NCBI GenBank assembly: GCA_965205485.1
Contig: OZ242180.1
Location: 257,449-321,448 of the forward strand
Length of the DNA: 64,000 nt
Reading direction: 5' to 3'
Source of the DNA: Candidatus Latescibacterota bacterium
GTDB lineage: Bacteria; Latescibacterota; UBA2968; GCA-2709665
Part shown: in pieces, positions 19,388 to 29,731 of the stretch
How positions within the stretch are numbered: position 1 is the stretch's first letter
Layout of the letters: every line of letters begins with the position of its first letter
Notes under the pieces: generated by a model
Told to the model about the DNA's origin: nothing
Database searches by the model: none
What the model saw: the letters and a program-made list of their open reading frames with translations, nothing else
Position numbers and translations under genes: made by a program

Positions 19388-20398
19388 TCACACAGGTCCG
19401 ATCGTCCCGTCTTCCAGCATGGTCAGCAGCGCCGAGTCGTCGACGTCCAGGGGCAGGTCCACCCGTCCGCGGCGGCGGCTGGACTCATAGGTCGCAAAGA
19501 TCAGCTCCGTCGCCTGCAGCGCTTTCCGGCCGCTCAACACCGGTTCCCCCCCGGTTTTGACGCAGTCTATGAGATCCAGCACCGACAACACGGTTGGATT
19601 CACCTGGGGCCCCGGCAGTTCCGGGACCTCCCAGTCCGAGCCGGAACGCATGATCCGGATCGGCGGCCTGTCGCGCCCGCCAATCACCTCGATGACGCCG
19701 TCCGTGCCGATCAGCCGGTTCGCTACGCCGCTCAGGGCCGCGTCGCCCGTCGCGAGCAATCCTTCCAGCCCATTGCGCCAGCGCACCCACGAAATACCGC
19801 CCGCCTCCAGTTCAACACCGAATACCTCCCGCTTCTCCGACGCATCGATCTGCCCGAGCACCCATTCGGCGGGCGCGTCGTCATTGTAGAAGAAGAACAT
19901 GTCGAACCAGTGCGTCCCCCAATCGAGCAAATTGGGACACGCGCCCTCCACCCGCACCAGCCGCCCGATCGCCCCTTCCCGTGCGAGGGATCTTGCCATT
20001 TTGAACGATTCCTCGAATCGCCTCTGGTGACAGAACGTAATCGTGACGTCGCGATCGACGCACGCCCGGTACATCGCCTTTGCATCGCCCCAGGTGGGGG
20101 CCATCGGCTTCTCCGCGTGGATGGCCCGCGCGCCGCTTTCGGCCGCCGCCACGACCATCTCCCGATGCATCCCGATCCAGGTACACACGCTGACGAAATC
20201 GAGGTCCTCCCGGTCCAGCATTTCCCGGTAGTCCCCGTAGGTCCGCGATACGTCGAACTGCTCCGCCAGGTTCGCCCTTGCCTCCTCCACCGGATCCGCG
20301 CACGCTGCGATTTCGACTTCGGGCGATGCGGCATACCCCTGCGCATGCCCGCGGCCCCTGCCCCCGCATCCGATGATGCCCGCCTTGAACTTCGCCAT
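19388..20398 (-). CDS. Gfo/Idh/MocA family oxidoreductase
   Basis: MAKFKAGIIGCGGRGRGHAQGY...AIHAEKPMA. Confidence 0.85.
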   Translation of the reverse strand: MAKFKAGIIGCGGRGRGHAQGYAASPEVEIAACADPVEEARANLAEQFDVSRTYGDYREMLDREDLDFVSVCTWIGMHREMVVAAAESGARAIHAEKPMAPTWGDAKAMYRACVDRDVTITFCHQRRFEESFKMARSLAREGAIGRLVRVEGACPNLLDWGTHWFDMFFFYNDDAPAEWVLGQIDASEKREVFGVELEAGGISWVRWRNGLEGLLATGDAALSGVANRLIGTDGVIEVIGGRDRPPIRIMRSGSDWEVPELPGPQVNPTVLSVLDLIDCVKTGGEPVLSGRKALQATELIFATYESSRRRGRVDLPLDVDDSALLTMLEDGTIGPV

Positions 20399-20580
20399 AG
20401 ACCTTTCAACCCTCCTGTTTCGATTCAGCTTGAAAAGCCGTCACGCAATGTCAACACATCGGGAAATGGATATCTTGCCGAAGTGCCTCGCGCTCCGTTC
20501 CCCTCCCGAAATCGAACAACGCCGCGTCATTCGACACGGCGTGCTCGGCGAAACTCAATCCATCTGTTGAATCCGTCCGT

Positions 20581-21078
20581 TTACGCGGCGGCCCGTTTCC
20601 CGCCCTTCTTTTCAGCCATTCGCTTCGCGGCCTCCTGCACGGCCTCCACGATCTTCGTATACCCCGTACAGCGACAGAGATTGCCGGCCAGCGCGCGCCG
20701 GATATCCTCCTCCGAAGGTTCGGCGTTCTTCTGGAGAAGGCCGTAGGACGAGACGATGAACCCCGGCGTGCAGAAACCGCACTGCAGCCCGCCCATACTG
20801 ACCATGGCCTCCTGAACCGGATGAAGCGCGTCAACATCCGCGACGCCCTCCACGGTCGTCACTTCGCGTCCCTCGGCGGCAACCGCAAGCACCAGGCACG
20901 ACGTGACGGGCTCGCCGTCAATTAACACCGTACACGCGCCGCAGTCGCCGGTGGAGCATCCCTCCTTGGTGCCGGTGAGCCCAAGGCGGTCCCGCAAAAC
21001 GGCCAGCAGGGTCTTGCGCGGCTCCAGTGAGAGGTCATAAACCGTGCCGTTGACGTTCAATTCGATCTGATGGTTCAC
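20581..21078 (-). CDS. (2Fe-2S)-binding small subunit of a xanthine dehydrogenase/CO dehydrogenase-family molybdoenzyme
   Basis: CSTGDCGACTVLIDG, CGFCTPGF and NLCRCTGY motifs. GTGA start/stop overlap with the upstream subunit. Confidence 0.9.
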   Translation of the reverse strand: MNHQIELNVNGTVYDLSLEPRKTLLAVLRDRLGLTGTKEGCSTGDCGACTVLIDGEPVTSCLVLAVAAEGREVTTVEGVADVDALHPVQEAMVSMGGLQCGFCTPGFIVSSYGLLQKNAEPSEEDIRRALAGNLCRCTGYTKIVEAVQEAAKRMAEKKGGKRAAA

Positions 21079-21971
21079 GTCGCCCTCCTCTTGTTGCCCG
21101 ACCGTTCCCGCGCGTTCCCGAATGCCGCGCTCACCATCCGCGCCGTCAGCACCCGAACCATCTCGCGCCGGAAATCCGCCGAGCCTCGAACGTCGCTGAT
21201 GGGCCGGGCTTCCTCCGCTGCCGTCTCCGCCGCCTTATCGATCAACGCCCCGGTCAGCCGCTGTCCCTTCAGCATTCGCTCGGCGGCCTTCGCCCGAAGC
21301 GGCGTGGGCGCTACGGCGCCAAGCACGATGCGCACATCCTGGCAGGCGTGGGTACGAGGCGCCAGCGTCACGGCCGCACCCACACCCACCATCGCGATAT
21401 CCATTGCGCCCCGGGGCGTATGCCGAACGTAGGCGGACCCGGTTCGCGGAGGCGGAGCAGGAACGTGAATGCCAACCACGAACTCGCCCGTGCCGAGTGT
21501 GGTCCGGCCGGGGCCGGTCATGAAATTCTCCACGAGCATCGTGCGCCGTCCGTCCGGACCGGCGATCTTCACTTTCGCGCCATGCACGATCAATCCCGGC
21601 GCCGCATCCGCGGAGGGCGCCGCATTGCAGATATTGCCAACGATCGTGGCGAGATTCCTGATCTGGAAGGAACCCACCACCCGGGCGCCCTCGGCGAGTC
21701 CGGTGTAGTGCGACTGCGCGGCCGGCATGAGTTCCACCTGCCGCATGGTCACGGCCGCCCCGATCGTCAGCCCGGTCTTCCTGTCGAAACGGAGCTCGTC
21801 CACGCCCGGAATCCTCCTGACGTCCACCAGCGTGTCGGGAGTCCGCGCCCGTTCCTTCATTTGCACAAGCAGGTCGGTCCCTCCGGCCAGCACCCTTGCA
21901 CCGGGGTGGGCCTGCAGCACCTCCGCCGCCTCCCGGACGGTTTCAGGCGCGAAATATTCGAAGCGATTCAC
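21075..21971 (-). CDS. FAD-binding medium subunit (CoxM/XdhB-like)
   Basis: NRFEYFAPETVREAAEVLQAHPGARVLAGGTDLLVQMK. GTG start with AAGGAGG upstream. Confidence 0.85.
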   Translation of the reverse strand: MNRFEYFAPETVREAAEVLQAHPGARVLAGGTDLLVQMKERARTPDTLVDVRRIPGVDELRFDRKTGLTIGAAVTMRQVELMPAAQSHYTGLAEGARVVGSFQIRNLATIVGNICNAAPSADAAPGLIVHGAKVKIAGPDGRRTMLVENFMTGPGRTTLGTGEFVVGIHVPAPPPRTGSAYVRHTPRGAMDIAMVGVGAAVTLAPRTHACQDVRIVLGAVAPTPLRAKAAERMLKGQRLTGALIDKAAETAAEEARPISDVRGSADFRREMVRVLTARMVSAAFGNARERSGNKRRAT

Positions 21972-21992
21972 AACTTCAACCTCCTTTAACGG

Positions 21993-24179
21993 TCAATTGC
22001 CGGCTTCCCGCAACGCCGCCACCACGCGCTCCGGCGTCATGGGCAGTTCCCGGACCCTGGCGCCCACCGCGTCGTAGATCGCGTTTGCGACCGCGGCGCC
22101 ACCGGGAATGATGGGCGGTTCACCCACGCCCTTCCCCCCATAAGGTCCGTGCTCGCAGGGGTCCTCGACCATAACCGTCTGAATGTTCGGCACATCCAGC
22201 GCCGTCGGGATCGCGTAGTCCAGCAGATTGGGATTCAACATCCCGCCCTTCCCATCGTACCGATACCCCTCCATGAGTCCAAAACCGATGGACTGAATGG
22301 CGCCGCCCTGCATCTGACCCTCCACGAGCAGCGGATTGAGCGCGCGGCCCACGTCCTGGCCTGCTACCAGATCGAGCAGCCGCACCTGCCCCGTGCCCGG
22401 ATCCACCTCAACGGTGGCGACGTTTACCGAATATGAGGGATAGGTGGGAACGCTGCTCAGCACGCACCGCCCGTTGACCGCGCCGCTGGACTCGATCGCT
22501 TCGGCGGCCAGTTCGCCAAGGCCGATGGCATGGTCCGGAGAACCCACGAATTGCACCTGCTGGTCGGCGATGACAAGGTCGTCCACGGCGGCCTCCAGCT
22601 TTTCCGATGCCATCCGCAACAACTGATTCCTGGCTTCGCGGGCAGCCTCGCGAGCAGCCGTACCCGCGGAATAGGCCGCCTTGCTTCCCGCGCTCAACGA
22701 CGCATAGGGCACCGTGTCCGTGTCTCCCAGCCGCACCGTCACCTGCTCCACGGGCACGCCCAGTTCCTCGGCCACAACCTGCGCCATCACGGTATGCAGG
22801 CCGGTGATGTCCACCTGGCCGGTCACGAGGGCCACGGATCCATCCGCCGACATCGTCACGAACGCGTTGGTCGGGCCTGCGGCGTTGTGCCAGTCTCCCA
22901 CGGCGATACCCATGCCCTGGTTGGGTTTCAGTTCACGGCGGCCCCATCCCGCGGTCTCCGCGGTTTTCCGGATGGTGTCTTTCAGCCAGTCGTGCTGTAT
23001 GAGCGGCTGATCGCCCTTGCCAAGCCCGTTCTTCAGACGGATCTCCACCGGGTCGACCCCCAGCTTACGGGCGACCATGTCCAGGTTCGACTCCCTGGCG
23101 AGCGCCGTCTGCGGTCCACCGGGCGCCCGATACGCTCCCGGGCCCGGTTTGTTCGTGCGCACGGCCATGCCTTCCAGCCTGAAGTTCGGAATCCTGTAGG
23201 GTCCCAACAGGCGATTGGCGGCCCCGCCGCTGCCCGCAACGCCGCCGTCCCACACAATTCGCCCTTCAACGGCCGTTATCGTTCCGTCCTTGCTCGCGCC
23301 CGTTTTCAAGCGTACCCAACAACCCGGTCCCGGGCGGCTGTCGCGAAAGTCCTCCCCGCGGTTTATCGTCAACCTCACGGGGCGGCCCGTGCGCATGGCC
23401 AGCAGTGCCGTATGCGCTTCGATATTGATCCGGTTCTTCCCGCCGAAGCTGCCGCCGGTTTCGGTCATGATGACGCGTATGCGCCCCTCGGGAATGTTCA
23501 GCGCCTCAGCGAGGCCTTCGCGCTTGGTGAACGTGCCCTGACCGGCGGCCCAGACAGTCAGCCGTCCGTCCGCCTCCACGCGCGCCGTAGCCGCATTCGG
23601 CTCCATGTACGTCTGATTGAAAAAGGGTACCTGGTACTCCGCCTCGACGATCGCGTCGGCCTCCGCGAATCCCTGCTCGACGTCACCCTCTTCCATGACG
23701 TTGTAGGCCGTCACATTCCGCAATCTGCGTCCGTCCGGCGCCCTTACGTCCTCCGTCGGCGCGCCCAGGACGGCCTCTGGAGCGTCCGGATCCAGGGCGT
23801 CCACCGGATCCACGACCGCGGGCAAAACTTCGTAGTCCACCTCGATCAACGCAAGGGCGTCCTCCGCGATATCCGGGTCCACGGCAGCCACGGCGGCCAC
23901 CTTCTGACCCTGATAGCAGACCTCTTTGGACTCGAAAATCGACAGTTCCGGCACGTCTCGGCCGCACACCACGTCCACCACCCCGGGCAGCGCTTTGGCT
24001 TTGGAGGTATCGATCTTTCGAATGCGCGCGTGGCCGTGCGGGCTGCGCAGAATGCGGCCGTATAACATACCGGGAAGCTGGATATCGTCGGCGTACTGAA
24101 TCCTGCCGGTTACGATATCCGGCCCGTTCAGCCTGGCCACCCGCTGCCCTACGGATTTCAACTCGCCTGGGGCCTGCAT
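21993..24179 (-). CDS. molybdopterin-binding large subunit (xanthine dehydrogenase family)
   Basis: About 728 aa with an a/b-hammerhead-like N-terminus (GRIQYADDIQLPGMLYGRILRSPHGHARI). ATG 24179 has GGAGGG upstream. The substrate cannot be assigned from the sequence. Confidence 0.85.
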   Translation of the reverse strand: MQAPGELKSVGQRVARLNGPDIVTGRIQYADDIQLPGMLYGRILRSPHGHARIRKIDTSKAKALPGVVDVVCGRDVPELSIFESKEVCYQGQKVAAVAAVDPDIAEDALALIEVDYEVLPAVVDPVDALDPDAPEAVLGAPTEDVRAPDGRRLRNVTAYNVMEEGDVEQGFAEADAIVEAEYQVPFFNQTYMEPNAATARVEADGRLTVWAAGQGTFTKREGLAEALNIPEGRIRVIMTETGGSFGGKNRINIEAHTALLAMRTGRPVRLTINRGEDFRDSRPGPGCWVRLKTGASKDGTITAVEGRIVWDGGVAGSGGAANRLLGPYRIPNFRLEGMAVRTNKPGPGAYRAPGGPQTALARESNLDMVARKLGVDPVEIRLKNGLGKGDQPLIQHDWLKDTIRKTAETAGWGRRELKPNQGMGIAVGDWHNAAGPTNAFVTMSADGSVALVTGQVDITGLHTVMAQVVAEELGVPVEQVTVRLGDTDTVPYASLSAGSKAAYSAGTAAREAAREARNQLLRMASEKLEAAVDDLVIADQQVQFVGSPDHAIGLGELAAEAIESSGAVNGRCVLSSVPTYPSYSVNVATVEVDPGTGQVRLLDLVAGQDVGRALNPLLVEGQMQGGAIQSIGFGLMEGYRYDGKGGMLNPNLLDYAIPTALDVPNIQTVMVEDPCEHGPYGGKGVGEPPIIPGGAAVANAIYDAVGARVRELPMTPERVVAALREAGN

Positions 24180-24281
24180 GTCCCGCCCTCCTCGTTCTCG
24201 AATGTCGCAATTTGACAAGGTATCAGGAATCCAATATCAAAAGTTAATACTCGCTGAGTAAAAGTCAATGAACAACATGAA

Positions 24282-24411
24282 GCGGTGAGACGTTAGACGG
24301 TAGACGGTAGAAGACGTCCTTGCCCTATTGGTAATTCCTTTATGCCTACGGCAAGTGATGATACCGTACGGGGCAGACAATCTCTCACGTCTCACGTCTT
24401 ACGTCTACCCG
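24282..24411. repeat. heptamer-array element (family H2): inverted 4 x 7-bp arrays flanking a ~67-bp core
   Basis: Left arm GTGAGAC GTTAGAC GGTAGAC GGTAGAA. Right arm CTCACGT CTCACGT CTTACGT CTACCCG. Related copies at 29476-29680 and 466-506. Confidence 0.7.
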
Positions 24412-26577
24412 TTCTTTCACTTCCCTCCGCCGCTGATGCAGCACCCGTTCGGTGTAGCCGTTCGGCTCTGCCGCGCCCTCGAATACCAGGTCCAGCGCGG
24501 CCTGGAACGCGACGCTTTTTTCGAAGTCCGGCGCCATATTCCGGTAGTCCGGATCTCCGCCGTTCTGCGCGTCCACCAGTGCCGCCATTTTCTCGAACGT
24601 CGCACGCACCTGCGCCCGGCTCACGATTCCGTGTTGCAGCCAGTTGGCGATGTGCTGGCTGGAAATCCGCAACGTCGCCCGGTCCTCCATCAGTCCCACG
24701 TCGTGGATATCCGGCACCTTCGAGCAACCCACGCCCTGGTCCACCCACCGCACCACGTAACCCAGAATACCCTGGGCATTGTTGTCCAGCTCCCGCTGGA
24801 TCTCGTCCTCCGTCAGGTCCCGGTCCAACAGAGGCGGCGTCAGGATTTCGTCCAGGCTCGCCCGCGCCCGCCTGGCAAGCTCCGCCTGCCTTGCCGCAAC
24901 GTCCACCCGGTGATAGTGCATGGCGTGCAGCACCGCCGCCGTGGGAGACGGCACCCACGCCGTGCTGGCCCCCGATTCCGGATGTCCGATCTTGGTCTCC
25001 ACCATATCGCGCATCTCGTCCGGCATCGTCCACATCCCTTTCCCGATCTGCCCACGGCCGCTGAAACCGGTCTCCACACCCACGTCTACGTTCCAGTCCT
25101 CGTACGCCGCAAGCCAGGGTTGCGCCCTGATGTCCGCCTTCGGGTGCATCGGACCGGCTACCATGCTCGAATGGATCTCGTCTCCGGTACGGTCCAGAAA
25201 ACCTGTATTGATGAACACCACGCGATCCCTCGCCACCCGGATCGCCGCCTTCAGATTCACCGTGGTTCGTCGCTCTTCATCCATAATGCCGATCTTGATC
25301 GTGTTGCGCTCCAGACCCAGCGCCGTCTCCACGCGTTCGAACAGGTCGATCGTGGCCGCGACCTCCTCCGGGCCGTGCAGTTTCGGCTTCACGATGTAGA
25401 TGCTGCCGGCGCCGCTGTTGACGAATTCCCCCTGCCGCTTCAGATCGTGTTTGGCCGCGAGCGCGGTCACCATCGCATCCAGGAATCCTTCGGGGATTTC
25501 CTCTCCGTCGGCAGTCGTCACGCTATCGGTGTACATATGGATGCCGACGTTCCGCACCAGCAGAAGACTGCGTCCCGGCAGGGTGAGTCTCCCTCCATCC
25601 GGAGCCGTAAACTCCAGGTCCGGACTCAACCGGCGCGTCATCTGGCGGCCGCCCTTTTCGAAGGTCGTCTCCAGCGTGCCCCGCATGATGCCGTTCCAGT
25701 TTCCGTATACCAGCGCCTTGTCCGCGGCATCCACCGCCGACACCGAATCCTCGCAGTCCTGGATCGTCGTCACCGCCGCCTCCAGAAGGACGTCCCTGAC
25801 CCCCGCCGGATGGGCGGCGCCCACAGGATGGCTCGGGTCGATCCGGACCTCGATATGCAGTCCGTTGTTCACGAGCAATACCGCGGTGAGCTCGCCCTCC
25901 TCCGAGCGATATCCGCGGAACTGATCCGGATCCGCCAGGCCGACGTCCCTGCCGTCCCGGAGCGTCACCACGAGTCGACCGACACCGTCTTCTTCCTCAA
26001 CCGCAAATCGCGCGACCTCCGAGTAGCGGCCCGATGCCAGACCCGCCGCGTCGTCCAGAAACGCCTCTGCCGCGTCGATCACCTTTGCGCCGCGGACCGG
26101 GTTGTACGCTTCTCCCTTTTCCGCCCCGGGCTCCTCCGGAATCACGTTCGTTCCGTACAGGGCGTCGTAAAGACTGCCCCACCGCGCATTGGCCGCATTC
26201 AGCGCATACCGGGCATTGTCCACGGGAACCACCAGTTGCGGGCCGGCCACCGTCGCGATTTCGGGGTCAACCCGGGCGGTGGTTAGCTCGAAATGGTCGC
26301 CCTCCGGCACCAGGTAGCCGATATCGGCCAGGAACGCGCGGTACTCCTCCCCGTCAATCCGCTGACCCTTCCTCTCGCGATACCAACTGTCCATCTTCTC
26401 CTGGATCCGGTCGCGCATGTCCAGCAACTCCCGGTTTCCCGGACCGAGGTCCCGGACGATCTCTCCCAACGCCGACCAGAAGGCCTCCGGTTCCACGTCC
26501 GTGCCGGGCGCAATCTCGTCTCTCACCAGGCTGTAAAGGACTTCGTTGATTCTCAGGCCGCCAATCTCAACCGCCAT
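24385..26577 (-). CDS. glcB: malate synthase G
   Basis: 731 aa: [26 protein letters not shown]... with a C-terminus [12 protein letters not shown] typical of MSG. ATG 26577 has AAGGAGAGGA upstream. Confidence 0.9.
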   Translation of the reverse strand: MAVEIGGLRINEVLYSLVRDEIAPGTDVEPEAFWSALGEIVRDLGPGNRELLDMRDRIQEKMDSWYRERKGQRIDGEEYRAFLADIGYLVPEGDHFELTTARVDPEIATVAGPQLVVPVDNARYALNAANARWGSLYDALYGTNVIPEEPGAEKGEAYNPVRGAKVIDAAEAFLDDAAGLASGRYSEVARFAVEEEDGVGRLVVTLRDGRDVGLADPDQFRGYRSEEGELTAVLLVNNGLHIEVRIDPSHPVGAAHPAGVRDVLLEAAVTTIQDCEDSVSAVDAADKALVYGNWNGIMRGTLETTFEKGGRQMTRRLSPDLEFTAPDGGRLTLPGRSLLLVRNVGIHMYTDSVTTADGEEIPEGFLDAMVTALAAKHDLKRQGEFVNSGAGSIYIVKPKLHGPEEVAATIDLFERVETALGLERNTIKIGIMDEERRTTVNLKAAIRVARDRVVFINTGFLDRTGDEIHSSMVAGPMHPKADIRAQPWLAAYEDWNVDVGVETGFSGRGQIGKGMWTMPDEMRDMVETKIGHPESGASTAWVPSPTAAVLHAMHYHRVDVAARQAELARRARASLDEILTPPLLDRDLTEDEIQRELDNNAQGILGYVVRWVDQGVGCSKVPDIHDVGLMEDRATLRISSQHIANWLQHGIVSRAQVRATFEKMAALVDAQNGGDPDYRNMAPDFEKSVAFQAALDLVFEGAAEPNGYTERVLHQRRREVKERVDVRRET

Positions 26578-26693
26578 CGTTCCTCTCCTTTGTGCTCTCC
26601 TGGAAAATGGGTTCCCGCCGTCAAGATAATCAGAACAAAATGGCGGCACAACAGGAAGCCCCAACCCGGTTCCTTACAACCGGCGCCGCGGGC

Positions 26694-28136
26694 TCACCTC
26701 GTGGATTTCATCTGAGCCGCCAGATCGCGCGTTCGCTCTTTGTAGCCCTCCACACCGTCCTGCGAGTAGGTGAGATCGGCGGCCGGGTCCACCTCCCCCG
26801 CGTCGTTCACGTGCTGGCCTTGCAGTCTTCCCTTCACCGCAACGGTATCCATCAGCACCCGCATCAGTGCGCCAAGGTGCCTCTCGTCCCGCCTGGCCAC
26901 GTGCAGCGTCGCGTTCGGAATCCCGCGCGCGGAAAAGTCCCGGGCGGTGCCAAGGTACGAAGCAGACTGCGCCTCGCACATACGCAGCCCGCCGAACGCG
27001 GCCATCTCGCCTCCGATCTCCGTACCGTCCGGAATCCGCAGATCCCGGCCCAGGTTCTCCCAGTGTATGAAGAGAACCACCCTGTCCGCACGCCCGCCGG
27101 CAATCCCGTTCAGGATGGAGTGGTTGGCCGCGGGCCCGACGGCGGGAACGACGTGGAGGCCGCCTCCCCGCTCCTGCAGCGATTCGTCGTAGAGCTGCTG
27201 GAACCAGTCTCCCAGGCTGCGGTTGTCCGCGTAGTTGTAGAATACCAGCGCCCGTTTCCGCACGTACCGTTCCTGTATATGCAACCACCGGGCGAGGCGG
27301 CAGGCGATGTTTCGCTCGTCCCGCCAGGACAGGCGCCAGCGCTCCTCCGCCCACCGCACCCCGTCGAGCATCTCCCGAACGCGAGAACCGGGTGACGTCC
27401 CCGGCCCGGCTGTCATCGCCAGAAAGAACGTCCCCACCGGTGAAAATGCCGAAAACCTGCCGCCAACGCCTTCCGGTACGGGCAGCAGCGCGTCACCATA
27501 GAACGGATGCTTCCGGTGCAATTCAGACAGCGCGCTCCCGGCATCCGGGGCGGTTGTAGCTACAATATGGCTATCCCAGTGACTTTCGCCGCCTGGCGCG
27601 TGTCTGACCAGCCAGTCCCGCACCACCATCAGCGCACTGACGGTCTCGCCCGTGCGCCCGGATTTGCTGATCACGTTGAACAGCGTGCGATGCTGCATCC
27701 CGCGCCGGGTCAGCATGTCCAGCAGCGCCCCCAGCCGGCGGGGGTCGAACGTATCGCCAGCGAAATAGACTTCCGGCGCGCCGCCCCGTTCGTCCGCCGG
27801 CAGGAGGTTGTGGTAAGCCGGATCCAGCACATCGTGAAAGACGCGCGCACTCAGGTCTGATCCCCCGATGCCTAGAGTGACCAGCGCGGCGAATTCGTCC
27901 CGCGCGCGATTTGCCAGGTCGGCCACCTGTCTGATATCCCTATCCTGCAGATGGCTGCGCGTCCAGGCCCGCCCGTACCGCGCGAGGACGTCCGGCGCGA
28001 GCGACGCCTCCAACGCAAACAGATCGTGGATTGCGCCCAGGCTCCTGTCGACTTCCCGAATGTCTGATGACTGGACGGTAGGCGGCAGCGCGACGTCAGC
28101 CAGTTCCAGCCGGATCCCGTTTTCACCTTCGGTCAT
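26694..28136 (-). CDS. pgi: glucose-6-phosphate isomerase family protein
   Basis: LVTLGIGGSDL and FNVISKSGRTGET motifs (SIS/PGI). Confidence 0.75.
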   Translation of the reverse strand: MTEGENGIRLELADVALPPTVQSSDIREVDRSLGAIHDLFALEASLAPDVLARYGRAWTRSHLQDRDIRQVADLANRARDEFAALVTLGIGGSDLSARVFHDVLDPAYHNLLPADERGGAPEVYFAGDTFDPRRLGALLDMLTRRGMQHRTLFNVISKSGRTGETVSALMVVRDWLVRHAPGGESHWDSHIVATTAPDAGSALSELHRKHPFYGDALLPVPEGVGGRFSAFSPVGTFFLAMTAGPGTSPGSRVREMLDGVRWAEERWRLSWRDERNIACRLARWLHIQERYVRKRALVFYNYADNRSLGDWFQQLYDESLQERGGGLHVVPAVGPAANHSILNGIAGGRADRVVLFIHWENLGRDLRIPDGTEIGGEMAAFGGLRMCEAQSASYLGTARDFSARGIPNATLHVARRDERHLGALMRVLMDTVAVKGRLQGQHVNDAGEVDPAADLTYSQDGVEGYKERTRDLAAQMKSTR

Positions 28137-28253
28137 TCAGCCTCCCGATTTCGTTCGTCTGGTGCGATTTTCCTTGATTCTGCGCGCGTCGTGGGCCCTA
28201 CGCGCCAGCCCCGAACGGCGCCCCTCCCAAACCGTGTTCGCGAACGATTGCGC

Positions 28254-28282
28254 TTGACATTGACACCGATATTGCCATAAAT
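28254..28282 (+). promoter_or_regulatory. candidate sigma70 promoter
   Basis: TTGACA (28254-28259), a 17-nt spacer, then ATAAAT (28277-28282). It lies about 100 nt upstream of the ATG at 28389. Confidence 0.45.
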
Positions 28283-28388
28283 ACCCAACCGCGGACACCG
28301 TGCGGGGTGTGGGCCGGAAACCGGATGCACCGAGCGACGATCCAACGGACCGATTTCGTTCGTCACCAGTCACCGAGGAATTGAAGCC

Positions 28389-29453
28389 ATGTCGCTGAAA
28401 GCGGGCGTGTGCGGCGTCGGTTCGTACTATTCCAATGCGTTTGCCCGGTCCGCAATCCGTAACCCGGACATCGAACTGGTCGCGTACGCGCACCTGGATC
28501 AGAGCGACGAAACGCTCGACAGACTCGGCATGAAGTCCAGGGAGGCGTTCGGCGCCCAATACGGAATCCGGGCGTACGCCACGGTGCCGGAGATGGTCCG
28601 CGCCGAGTCCCTCGACCTTGTCTTCGTCACCTGTCCGGATAACCTTAAACCGGAGCAGGCCGCCGGCGCGATGGACGCGGGCGCTCACGCCTATATCAGC
28701 AAGCCCATGTGTATGACCCTGACCGGCGCGGATGAAATGATCGACGCGTCCCGTCGCAACAACGTACTGCTTTCAGCCCTCCTGCCCGGACGGGAAGACG
28801 GCGCCATCCGCGCGATGGGAACACGGGTGCAGAACGGGGCGGTCGGGCGCGTCATCACGTCCAGGGCGTGGATTCAGCACGGTTGTTTCGGCCCTGGAAC
28901 CGTCTTCGACGGCAGCGGTGAGTTCGGCCCCGGTCAGGGCGGCATCGGGCTTTCGCTGGGCGTCTACGCGGCGGACCTGCTGCTCTGGCTCATCGATTCA
29001 TCCGCGGTGCGCGCGTTTGCCGAATACGACAACCTGGCGACGCCGCACAGCATCTGGATGGATTCCGGCAAGGGCACCGTCCGGTTCGAAGACGGCCGCA
29101 TGGGTTCCATGGACATCATTTTCAACGTCAACTGCGGCGCCCCGGCCTGGGAAATGGAAGTCGTCGGCACCGAAGGTATTGCCCGCGCGCACCTGGACGT
29201 CATGGAAGGCATCGTCTGGCGCAAGGACGACGATGGCGCGCCCCGCGTTTTCTACCGCGCGCAGAACGACACGATCGACGCCGCGGTGGAACGGTTCGTC
29301 CGGAGTGTCCGGGACGGCCATCCGCTTGACGTCACGCCTGAGCACGCGCGAAACGTGCTGGAGCTCTGCCTGGCCTGGAACCGCGCCGCGGCCGAACACC
29401 GCGTGGTCGATCTCCCATTGGCGGACGGCGGCCTGAATATTCGCTACTTCTAA
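28389..29453 (+). CDS. Gfo/Idh/MocA family oxidoreductase
   Basis: MSLKAGVCGVGSYYSNAFA...HAYISKPMCMT. Confidence 0.8.
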   Translation: MSLKAGVCGVGSYYSNAFARSAIRNPDIELVAYAHLDQSDETLDRLGMKSREAFGAQYGIRAYATVPEMVRAESLDLVFVTCPDNLKPEQAAGAMDAGAHAYISKPMCMTLTGADEMIDASRRNNVLLSALLPGREDGAIRAMGTRVQNGAVGRVITSRAWIQHGCFGPGTVFDGSGEFGPGQGGIGLSLGVYAADLLLWLIDSSAVRAFAEYDNLATPHSIWMDSGKGTVRFEDGRMGSMDIIFNVNCGAPAWEMEVVGTEGIARAHLDVMEGIVWRKDDDGAPRVFYRAQNDTIDAAVERFVRSVRDGHPLDVTPEHARNVLELCLAWNRAAAEHRVVDLPLADGGLNIRYF

Positions 29454-29475
29454 CCCTGTCCCCTCGGCCGCCCTA

Positions 29476-29680
29476 CCACCGGGTGAGACGTAAGACGGGA
29501 GAGGGTAGAGGACCACACCACACCGCACCACCGGGTGAGAGGGGAGACGGTAGACGGGAGAAATTACCTGCCTTGTGACGATTCTTCTCGTGCCAAAGGC
29601 AATGAGGAATATCTCATCTGGCAAGGATTTCATCTACCGTCTTACGTCTTGCGTCTACCGGATTTTCTCGCCTCTACCCG
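29476..29680. repeat. heptamer-array element (family H2), second full copy, inverted relative to 24282-24411
   Basis: GGTGAGA CGTAAGA CGGGAGA GGGTAGA ... GGTGAGA GGGGAGA CGGTAGA, then the core, then TCTACCG TCTTACG TCTTGCG TCTACCG. The core shares blocks TCCTTGCC, ATTCCT, TGCCT, GGCA and GGCAG with the 24.3 kb copy. Confidence 0.7.
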
Positions 29681-29731
29681 CATTCAGGCTCTTTGTGGCC
29701 AATTTGACTGTTGTCTTTGAGAGGAGTCGAT

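Noticed and set aside
24328-26286. 652-aa plus-strand ORF. Similar long ORFs lie at 22530-24065, 35701-37542, 58721-60691, 55744-56940, 53725-54789, 19247-20746, 30838-31944 and 29783-30727.
   Set aside because: All lie antisense to genes with unmistakable family signatures (glcB, the molybdoenzyme large subunit, AGPS-like, GlmL-like, fabF/rnc, fabG and others). All are Arg/Pro/Gly/His-rich and low-complexity, the usual shadow ORFs of high-GC DNA.
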